In this document: piece after piece, positions 7,428 to 14,512 of the stretch
How positions within the stretch are numbered: the stretch's first letter is position 1
How the letters are laid out: the number at the start of each line of letters is the position of its first letter
IMG/VR virus record: IMGVR_UViG_3300029305_011445
Direction: 5' to 3' (one strand)
Length of the DNA: 53,015 nt
Origin: a virus
Lineage: Duplodnaviria; Heunggongvirae; Uroviricota; Caudoviricetes
Made by a program: the position numbers and the translations under genes
The notes under the pieces: model-generated
The model's database searches: none
Seen by the model: only the letters and a program-made list of their open reading frames with translations
What the model was told of the DNA's origin: nothing

Positions 7428-7652
7428 TTATACACCTGTCACTTCAATATAACCAATAATAGCATCCTCAATAGTCTTAACCATTTCTTCATCAGTAAGA
7501 TCGTCTAAAATGTCATCAGCTAAACACTTATATGTTGTTGAAATTTCGCCCAATGCAAATAATTCTGTAATAGGCCCCATTCCAATCTTTTCATATCTTG
7601 TTGCTAATTCATCGTTGATTTCAACTGTTCTACCTTTTACTGTAAGTAACAT
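7428..7652 (-). CDS. Small acidic hypothetical protein, paralog of 1634-1858
   Basis: 74 aa; collinear similarity along the whole length. Confidence 0.85.
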   Translation of the reverse strand: MLLTVKGRTVEINDELATRYEKIGMGPITELFALGEISTTYKCLADDILDDLTDEEMVKTIEDAIIGYIEVTGV

Positions 7653-7777
7653 ATTTTAATATTCCTTTCTTTTGTTACAACTATTTATTGTTACAAATAT
7701 ATAAGGCTCATTTCTTACTTAAACGTAGTAAATTTGATACCTATCTATATTATACACAAAAACATTAAATTTGAGTA

Positions 7778-7861
7778 TTCGGATACTTCGTATCCTGCGC
7801 AAAAGTTTTGTAAAAACTTGAAAGAATTTTCAATTCTTTTGTGCCCATCTTCGAATGTCCG
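7778..7861 (-). ncRNA. Copy 1 of a repeated three-way-junction motif
   Basis: AAAAGAA..TTCTTT and AAGTTT..AAACTT hairpins inside an outer stem. Confidence 0.45.
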
Positions 7862-8050
7862 CTACGACATTGTATTCCACATTTTTGTTCGCAACATTTT
7901 ATCATAACCTTTATCACATGAGTCTTCTGTGATTGGAGCATGTCTTGCTCGGCGGTTGATTTCTTTGCGACGATTTCGTTTGTCTATTTTAATTTCTCTA
8001 TCCCACCATTTGCGGCAAAAAACATTGCGTCTGGATTGTGTCATACTCAT
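7862..8050 (-). CDS. Small basic hypothetical protein
   Basis: 62 aa, AGGAG RBS, Arg/Lys-rich. Confidence 0.7.
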   Translation of the reverse strand: MSMTQSRRNVFCRKWWDREIKIDKRNRRKEINRRARHAPITEDSCDKGYDKMLRTKMWNTMS

Positions 8051-8073
8051 AATATGTTACTCCTATTGATTAA

Positions 8074-8147
8074 TGCGTGTAGCAGGAATCGAACCTGCAA
8101 TTATATCTGATTAAGAATCAGGAGCCATACCGTTAGGCGATACACGC
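8074..8147 (-). tRNA. tRNA-Lys(CTT)
   Basis: Loop TTCTTAA. Confidence 0.88.
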
Positions 8148-8189
8148 GCGCTATAACGAATCTTGTTATAGCCACAAATATTGTGCTAA

Positions 8190-8262
8190 TGCGCCATATC
8201 CGGCTCGAACGGATGACCTAAGAGTTAAAAGCTCCTTACTCTACCAACTGAGTTAATGACGC
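8190..8262 (-). tRNA. tRNA-Lys(TTT)
   Basis: Loop CTTTTAA. Confidence 0.93.
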
Positions 8263-8269
8263 AGGCTAA

Positions 8270-8341
8270 TCTCCCAGACAGGATTTGAACCTGCGATATA
8301 CGGGTTAAAGGCCCGTTGCCATACCACTTGGCTACTGAGAG
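8270..8341 (-). tRNA. tRNA-Lys(TTT) with C33
   Basis: ACGGG/CCCGT stem, loop CCTTTAA; Gln-like D arm. Confidence 0.8.
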
Positions 8342-8388
8342 ATACTAATATTCTGTTTTCGTACTTTTGATTTCTGTTTTCGTTTCAT
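8332..8388 (-). CDS. 18-aa Lys-rich mini-ORF (MKRKQKSKVRKQNISISQ) overlapping tRNA-Lys
   Basis: GAAAGGAAAA RBS; five AAA codons. Confidence 0.45.
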   Translation of the reverse strand: MKRKQKSKVRKQNISISQ

Positions 8389-8420
8389 GTTTTGTATTTT
8401 CCTTTCGATTTAATAATTAA

Positions 8421-8494
8421 AGCTGAATCTCAGAATCGAACTGAGAACCAACGGCTTACGACACCGCTGCGCTACCAATTTGCGCCAATCCAGC
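8421..8494 (-). tRNA. tRNA-Thr(CGT)
   Basis: Loop GTCGTAA (G32). Confidence 0.85.
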
Positions 8495-8511
8495 ATACTA
8501 TATAAATCAAG

Positions 8512-8591
8512 TGCGCCGCTCTGGACTTGAACCAGAAATGCCGAAGCTACGAATTTACAGTCCGCTGCGATACCATTCCGCTCACCGACGC
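8512..8591 (-). tRNA. tRNA-Tyr(GTA)
   Basis: Loop CTGTAAA, long variable arm. Confidence 0.9.
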
Positions 8592-8684
8592 ATATAAATG
8601 TTTTTGGCTCAGACTTGCTCTGTGTTTTCACCGATTTGGTTCTCTTTAAAGGCTCATCCCATGCACATGCCCACCAAAAACAAA

Positions 8685-8758
8685 TTGCGGATACGAGATT
8701 CGAACTCGTGTCAATGGCTTATGAGACCATGCTGGATCCAACTCCAGTCCAATCCACA
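8685..8758 (-). tRNA. tRNA-Met(CAT)
   Basis: Loop CTCATAA; TGTGGAT/ATCCGCA acceptor. Confidence 0.88.
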
Positions 8759-8782
8759 ATAATATTACGATGATTTGCTACA

Positions 8783-8971
8783 TCAATTTGCTTCTGAAAT
8801 TGCTTTTTCAATCTTTTTCACTTCGATGTTAGCATAAACCTCTTCACCACAATTTTCACATACATATGATTCAATTCCATGAACTGTAGTATCCTGACCA
8901 TTTATGTTAAACGTTTTTGAAACAGTTTTTAATGGCATGTTACCACCACATTGAATACAGGTTCTATGCAT
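8783..8971 (-). CDS. YgiT/MqsA-type zinc-finger protein
   Basis: CIQCGG...GIESYVCENCGEEVY. Confidence 0.85.
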   Translation of the reverse strand: MHRTCIQCGGNMPLKTVSKTFNINGQDTTVHGIESYVCENCGEEVYANIEVKKIEKAISEAN

Positions 8972-9023
8972 GATTTTTTTTCATTTTTAACTCCTTTGTT
9001 TTCGATAATTAATAAGTGACAAA

Positions 9024-9097
9024 AGCTCCAAGCAGGATTTGAACCCGCAACTTACTGCTTACAAGGCAGTCACTCTATCCAGTTGAGTTATTGGAGC
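9024..9097 (-). tRNA. tRNA-Thr(TGT)
   Basis: Loop CTTGTAA. Confidence 0.95.
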
Positions 9098-9222
9098 ATA
9101 ATATTAAATCCCGGTACGGTTTAAGTCGCCGCCCTCGCTACACATTTTGCCACTTATCGTTGTTCCTACGATTCGATGCAACATTTGTTCTTAGCATCGT
9201 ACTTCGATCACCAAAGTACTAA

Positions 9223-9293
9223 AGCTGGTAGTCCGAATTGAACGAACGTAGCTGGGTTACAAATCCAGTGCTCGACCACTGAGCGATACCAGC
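9223..9293 (-). tRNA. tRNA-Thr(TGT)
   Basis: Loop TTTGTAA, A31-C39 mismatch. Confidence 0.8.
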
Positions 9294-9299
9294 ATATGA

Positions 9300-9467
9300 A
9301 ACACTTAACACATAGACCACTCAACTCGCATTCTCTTCGACTAGGATAAATTCATTCCCGTATCCTCGGTTTTTCGTCCCAACCATCTGTTATACAATTT
9401 GTATCATCGCAATCTAAGTCACTAGCAAACTATATCGTGTCAGAATTAGGTTGTTGCATTAAGTGTT
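9300..9467 (-). ncRNA. Candidate 168-nt structured RNA
   Basis: Ends closed by a perfect 9-bp AACACTTAA/TTAAGTGTT helix; internal hairpins. Confidence 0.5.
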
Positions 9468-9469
9468 GA

Positions 9470-9541
9470 AGCACGTGACGGGTGCTGGCCCCGCGTTTCT
9501 GCGTTGGCAACGCAGTGTTTTAGCTGTTAAACTACACATGC
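9470..9541 (-). tRNA. tRNA-Gly(GCC), atypical T and D loops
   Basis: Loop TTGCCAA, U73; T loop GCCAGCA; D loop lacks GG. Confidence 0.8.
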
Positions 9542-9545
9542 ATAA

Positions 9546-9617
9546 AGCGGATGAGGGTAGTCGAAACCCCGTCTCTTGGTTGGAAGCCAAGCGTTCTAGC
9601 CGTTAAACTACACCCGC
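9546..9617 (-). tRNA. tRNA-Gly(TCC)
   Basis: Loop CTTCCAA, U73. Confidence 0.92.
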
Positions 9618-9624
9618 ATATTCT

Positions 9625-9846
9625 GTTTCAGAACAATGTAGTATGTTCACATTGTTCCGTTCTTAGTAACGTCTCGACAACATACGTCTCTTGCACTTGT
9701 CGCTACTAAGAACGTAACTAAACACTCCATCAAAAGGACCGCGAAACTGTAAAGAGGTTTGGAGTATTTAATTCTCTTTTGCTTCTACGAAAGAACTGTG
9801 CAAAAGTTTCTACGAAACTTTAAAGAATCTTCGATTCTTTTGCACC
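9625..9846 (-). ncRNA. Multi-hairpin structured spacer including copy 2 of the three-way-junction motif
   Basis: Long hairpins at 9631-9657, 9658-9714 and 9720-9769; GTGCA/TGCAC-closed junction at about 9798-9845. Confidence 0.5.
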
Positions 9847-9954
9847 ATGCTCTTTTGTTTTCACAAAAGCTTTTTTTGTTGCAGTTTCATTTTCAGGAAC
9901 AGTTATCCTGTCTCTTACCTTAATGCTCCGCAAAGCACCAGGGCCATCCTTTAG

Positions 9955-10027
9955 TACACCCACTAGGAGTCGAACCCAGAATCGCTGGATATAAGCCAGG
10001 TGCAACGTACCGCATCACCTTGGGTGC
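9955..10027 (-). tRNA. tRNA-Ile(TAT)
   Basis: Loop CTTATAT, A73; atypical D arm. Confidence 0.75.
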
Positions 10028-10062
10028 ATATTACTCTTGCAACAAATGCAAGAGTTATAAAT

Positions 10063-10479
10063 TTATTCGTTTACATATCTCTTTGCCACACCAGATGCCA
10101 TTTTGCCATCCATATTTGCGCCAAAATGCTCTTTTAACATCTTCATACATGTACCCATGTTTTTATCAGCATCATTTGTTACAAGATATTCCATGATTTC
10201 ATCTTCTGTTGCCATCTTTGGCAACACTGCTTCACAGTAGCCAATCTTTTCTGTAACTTCATTGTGTCGATCAGTACCTGCTTCACAATACGCTAACAAA
10301 TCATTAAGATCTTTGATTTCTTTTCTTGTAGCAGTTACAATCATTTCATCTGTTACAGCTACATTTGTTTCTTTTGCAATCTTTTGAGCCTTTTCTAAGA
10401 TGCTTTTGTACGTAATCTGTTTATTTTTATTACGCTCTTTCATTGCTTCTTTGATTAAGTTTCTAATTGTTGTTTCCAT
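10063..10479 (-). CDS. GatB/YqeY domain protein
   Basis: LIKEAMKERNK N-terminus; YCEAVLPKMATEDEI; NMGTCMKMLKEHFGANMDGK. Confidence 0.9.
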   Translation of the reverse strand: METTIRNLIKEAMKERNKNKQITYKSILEKAQKIAKETNVAVTDEMIVTATRKEIKDLNDLLAYCEAGTDRHNEVTEKIGYCEAVLPKMATEDEIMEYLVTNDADKNMGTCMKMLKEHFGANMDGKMASGVAKRYVNE

Positions 10480-10617
10480 TGTTTTTGTTTCCTTTGTTTT
10501 TATTCCGCTCTGCTGGTCTCGTATTTCTTTTTTACAAGACCAACAGGCAATTCAGCGGTGACGAACCGCCGAGAAACCATATGTTGTCATCATATGGATG
10601 GACTTGTGAGTCCTAAG

Positions 10618-10689
10618 TTGGAACGGTGAGACTCGAACTCACAACTACTGCATCCCAAATGCAGCCGTCTGCCATTGACTTACGTTCCA
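10618..10689 (-). tRNA. tRNA-Pro(TGG)
   Basis: Loop TTTGGGA. Confidence 0.9.
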
Positions 10690-10809
10690 AAGTTGTGAAA
10701 CATCACGTCTGATGTTTCACCATGCAAGCCTAACCTACATACTTGCTCGAACATTCCATTACGTCACGTTTGTGTGTCGCGATTCACACAAAAATGTTCT
10801 TCCGCCTCA

Positions 10810-10883
10810 TGTCCGATATAGGACTTGAACCTATAAGCCTTCTGCTTGTAAGGCAGCTGTTCTCCCAGTTGAACTAATCGGAC
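10810..10883 (-). tRNA. tRNA-Val(TAC)
   Basis: Loop CTTACAA. Confidence 0.93.
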
Positions 10884-11012
10884 TGATCAACCGTTACCAT
10901 AAATGGTAACTAGCTCACATGAGCTTTAATCATTCACACACTAAAGTGTGCTCTTGATTGCGCCACATTCTACCCATGACGTAGGCGACTCTGCAGAGTA
11001 TTCAGGCGCGAA

Positions 11013-11089
11013 TGGAGCCTACGAGAATTGAACTCGTCTGTTTTTCCTGCTTGCAAGGCAGGTGACCACCCCTTGCAGTCCCAGACCCC
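11013..11089 (-). tRNA. tRNA-Ala(TGC)
   Basis: Loop CTTGCAA; G3-U70 present. Confidence 0.88.
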
Positions 11090-11153
11090 ATATGTTTCTT
11101 GTTTTACTTGGACCAACACATATGTGGCTTGAAACAAGAAAAGCTATCCTGAG

Positions 11154-11226
11154 TGGCTTTGAGACGTTTCGAGCGTCTGACCTTCCGGGCTTCAACCGGA
11201 TGCTACTACCTCTGAGCTACAAAGCC
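11154..11226 (-). tRNA. tRNA-Phe(GAA)
   Basis: Loop TTGAAGC; T loop CTCGAAA. Confidence 0.88.
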
Positions 11227-11230
11227 ATAA

Positions 11231-11304
11231 CGGACACAGTAGGGCTTGAACCTACGACCCCCTGATTAACAGTCAGGTGCTACTACCAGCTGAGCTATGT
11301 GTCC
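11231..11304 (-). tRNA. tRNA-Asn(GTT)
   Basis: Loop CTGTTAA, G73. Confidence 0.95.
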
Positions 11305-11310
11305 ATGTAG

Positions 11311-11393
11311 ACGGTAGGGTGGGAATCGAACCCACGTTGTTTCTTTGTAACGGATTTACAGTCCGCCGTCATCGCCGCTAGACATACCTACCG
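11311..11393 (-). tRNA. tRNA-Tyr(GTA)
   Basis: Loop CTGTAAA, long variable arm. Confidence 0.88.
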
Positions 11394-11961
11394 ATTTTTG
11401 TTTTAATATTTTATTTTGAATAACCAAGACTTTTGCATAAGTTTGCACATTATCGTTTCATTTCTATATTCCTTTCTTCGTGTTTTATTAATATAAAAAG
11501 ACCGTCCCATATCATATACGGAACGATCTTAAGTGTAGACTTAATTAATTACTCTTTCATTACATTTTGGATAACAAAGTTTTGTCATCCAATGATAATT
11601 CCGTATATATATGGTTAGAATTGCAAAAATATCCTGTTGTATAGATAACTCCAAAATTGCACAATGAATTAAGCATAGCTGGTTTCGCTATACTGCCTGT
11701 ATAATTTTTAAAGTTTACATTATGCATTGGCTGTCTCATAATTTTTGCGTCCTTTCTTTTTTTTATATAAACCCGGAACTCATAGGTTACCGGAGTATGA
11801 ACCTTTCTTTAATTCGTTAATAAATATGGTTTATGTCCTTTACAAAGCAAAACATTTCGTTACCGCCTATAACGGCTATATACTCGGGGAAGTATATAGG
11901 TTGAATTTCACAAATTGCAAAATTAAACTTGAAAAGGAGAAAAGATGATTTCCATCTTTAA

Positions 11962-12032
11962 AGCTTATGAAGGGAATCGAACCCTCAAATCTTGCTTGGG
12001 AAGCAAGTGTTTTACCACTAAACTACATAAGC
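11962..12032 (-). tRNA. tRNA-Gly(CCC)
   Basis: Loop TTCCCAA, U73. Confidence 0.93.
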
Positions 12033-12092
12033 AAATTTATTTTATCGATATTGGAACAATGCATTACCCAAGTTCGATATTGTTTTGGGAAA

Positions 12093-12163
12093 TTGCAAAG
12101 GCAGGAGTTGAACCTGCATCCATGGGTCTATGAAGCCCGTGGGATGACCGCATCAGCTTTGCA
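12093..12163 (-). tRNA. Atypical CAT tRNA, initiator-like, with miniature D loop
   Basis: TGCAAAG/CTTTGCA acceptor; GGG/CCC anticodon pairs; GATG-CGGT-CATC D arm. Confidence 0.6.
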
Positions 12164-12234
12164 ACCTGTAACTTTATACACGGAGAAAACCTCATACCAC
12201 TGTCGCATTTCAGTGCCCTATTCTGAAATGCAAG

Positions 12235-12307
12235 CGACTCAGACGGGGATCGAACCCGCTACCTTCTGATAGACAGTCAGACGTGCATCCTATTACACCT
12301 CAGAGCC
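12235..12307 (-). tRNA. tRNA-Asp(GTC)
   Basis: Loop CTGTCTA, G73. Confidence 0.9.
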
Positions 12308-12315
12308 ATATTTAA

Positions 12316-12384
12316 CAGAAACGATGGGATTCGAACCCATGATCTTCCCGTAAAGGACACTCTGCCCGACTGAGCTACGTTTCT
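12316..12384 (-). tRNA. tRNA-like gene with collapsed anticodon arm (no assignable anticodon)
   Basis: Perfect acceptor, D and T arms; anticodon arm reduced to TCC-TTTACG-GGA. Confidence 0.65.
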
Positions 12385-12439
12385 GCGAATGCATACTTTA
12401 AGGTATACATTCTATTGCTACAACAAAACCGTTAGTAGA

Positions 12440-12523
12440 ATCATTGTAACGAAATATTGTTTGTTACCCGGATTTCAAAAGTTTCATAGAAACTTTAAAG
12501 AACCATTGATTCTTTTTACCGGG
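12440..12523 (-). ncRNA. Copy 3 of the three-way-junction motif
   Basis: Same two A/T hairpins, closed by CCCGG/CCGGG. Confidence 0.45.
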
Positions 12524-12544
12524 ATGTAAAGTCGATCCATTTTG

Positions 12545-13080
12545 TCGATCAAAGCGTTTTGTTACTGGTTTATGCTTTTAAACGAATCGCTACCAGACAA
12601 AGCATTCGTCCCTGTTTGTTTGTTGTTGCCAACAAGCACTTGGCTCTGTGCTTCTGTTTGTGTCAGTGCCCTGTATAAAAGTTTATGAAACTTTACGTTT
12701 AAATGAACCATCGCTGACACTGGTTCAACCCGTACAGTCTTTAAAGTGCGTCGGTTATATACACTATTAAATCCATTTTAATGAGCTGAGACATTGACTC
12801 ATGTACTTATCATCTATCATTGTTGGCAATGACATGTCACACAGCCGATTAAGCTGTAGATAAGAGCGACACCAGTTTCGGTTACTGGCTAACCACTGCG
12901 TTAGGTTTCATAGATTTCCGTTTGACACATTCTTCCTTGCGGGATTCAGAGATTGCAGTCTCTTAGAGTTGCATCTACTTGTACTTTTCTCACACTTTGT
13001 CTTGCGAACTCCATGTGCGTTCATATTTCAGAACGATAAGTCGCTTTTAGCCTTAACGCCGTACACACTTTTGCTTTATT
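12545..13080 (-). ncRNA. Large ornate ncRNA, about 540 nt (ROOL-like; family unverified)
   Basis: ORF-free; long-range helix 13055-13071 with 12743-12756; pseudoknot 12714-12720 with 12660-12666; many hairpins; tRNA-array context. Confidence 0.6.
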
Positions 13081-13149
13081 ATGTTTTGTATAATATGATT
13101 TCCTATTATTAAATCAGATAACACAATCCATTTGCAATAGATGTATACA

Positions 13150-13735
13150 ATAATATTCAATTGGATGATGAGGTGCACGTTTTGAATCTCCGTACCTTTT
13201 GAATACGGCCCAATTCGTCACCACCCTGCTCGTCTTGCGATCGACTTGCTTCGTAGCCAATATCCCACGTTGTCCGTGTCCGAATATCAATCAACGATTA
13301 ACATAGCACTTACGCTTGCGGCATTCGTACCATGAAACATTCAACCATCCCCGTATTTCTACGTTATTACAGTGCCTACTCTAGTTTCAAGACACCCACT
13401 CAAACCACATTTTACTAGACAGTAGTCCCTCTGAATGGAAGGTTTGGTGTAGGTTGTAATGGTTTTCCGTCAAACTCCCGATGCGTACGCTCGAAAAGTC
13501 GCAGTATATTAATTACCACTTTATCCCTGTCACCAGGTTTATTTTTAAGCTTTTGTACTTTTACGTAACCGTATTCACGTTTTGCGCGAATACAATCTCG
13601 CTTAAATACAATTACTTTCAGACCCGAAACCAGCCCGTTTGCATTTCTGCAAAAACCGTTCTACAAGACATGATCCTGCTCATAAGACTCAACTGGTATC
13701 TTATGCGTTCCCAACTGAACAGAACGGTGTTCAAA
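13150..13735 (-). ncRNA. Second large structured RNA, about 590 nt (family unknown)
   Basis: GC-enriched, ORF-free on the sense strand; nested helices; GCAA/GAAA/GTGA-capped hairpins. Confidence 0.55.
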
Positions 13736-13782
13736 AACTTTTACAAAAGGAGAAAGTTACAAAATGTTAAATCCTGTAACAG

Positions 13783-13856
13783 TTGCGGGGATTGGACTCG
13801 AACCAACGACCTCCGGGATATGAGCCCGGCGAGCTTCCAACTGCTACCACCCCGCA
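13783..13856 (-). tRNA. tRNA-fMet(CAT)
   Basis: Three G-C pairs in the anticodon stem, loop CTCATAT, U1-A72. Confidence 0.92.
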
Positions 13857-13944
13857 AGATGGCTGAAGATTTAAACTTCAGCCGATATTAAGTTTAAGGA
13901 AGTATAATAATGTACTATACATGTAAAGGTGAGAACATGTATAA

Positions 13945-14017
13945 TCACTCCGGTGGGAATTGAACCCAACATTACCGCCGTGAAAGGACGGTGTCCGTGC
14001 CACTAGACTACGGAGCG
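13945..14017 (-). tRNA. tRNA-Glu(TTC)
   Basis: Loop CTTTCAC. Confidence 0.92.
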
Positions 14018-14038
14018 AGAAATTTATTATATTTATTA

Positions 14039-14065
14039 TTAGGACCAAATTATTTCGAAACGAAG
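14039..14065 (-). promoter_or_regulatory. Class A promoter motif heading the tRNA array (one of 13 copies)
   Basis: CTTCGTTT-N-TGGTCCTAATA, fixed spacing. Confidence 0.65.
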
Positions 14066-14263
14066 TAATTTGATATATTTTTTTCTTACCTGCCTAATTG
14101 TTTCATTTGAAACAATTGAGACAGGATTTTGCGTGACTAAAAAAGATTAATTAGAAGACAATAATAAATATGGTTTATACTTTTTACAAAGTAAAACACT
14201 TTTTCGTTTCATATATAGTATTAGGGCCAGAATTATAAAAACGAAGTAATTTTTTAAAAGATT

Positions 14264-14512
14264 TTACAAAATTTCTTCAAATTCAAAGCCGTCTAATAAG
14301 CTACCAAGCTGTTTAAATGATAATTTACTTGTTTCATTTGTTCTCTCGTTTTTGCATGTGATATATACTGCTTTTACAGTATCTGACCATCCAGTTTTCT
14401 GAACCGGAGCTTCAAATGTTATAACATCACCGACACAAATTCCTTTAAATGCAGGACTTGATGATTTCTTGTTAATTTTTGTACATTTTGCTTTATTCTT
14501 TAATGTAATCAT
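14264..14512 (-). CDS. Hypothetical protein
   Basis: 82-aa ORF, AAAGGGG RBS. Confidence 0.75.
   Translation of the reverse strand: MITLKNKAKCTKINKKSSSPAFKGICVGDVITFEAPVQKTGWSDTVKAVYITCKNERTNETSKLSFKQLGSLLDGFEFEEIL

Noticed and set aside
8598-8680. Hammerhead-like RNA after tRNA-Met
   Set aside because: Has GAUGAG and GAAA but no CUGAUGA core; only a weak terminal stem, left unassigned
12400-13770. RNase P RNA or rRNA fragment
   Set aside because: No GAGGAAAGUCC or other recognisable conserved cores
8410-13891. ORFs 8410-8631, 9820-10005, 11062-11265, 11945-12269 and 13481-13891
   Set aside because: They overlap tRNAs or lie antisense to structured RNA; no coding signal
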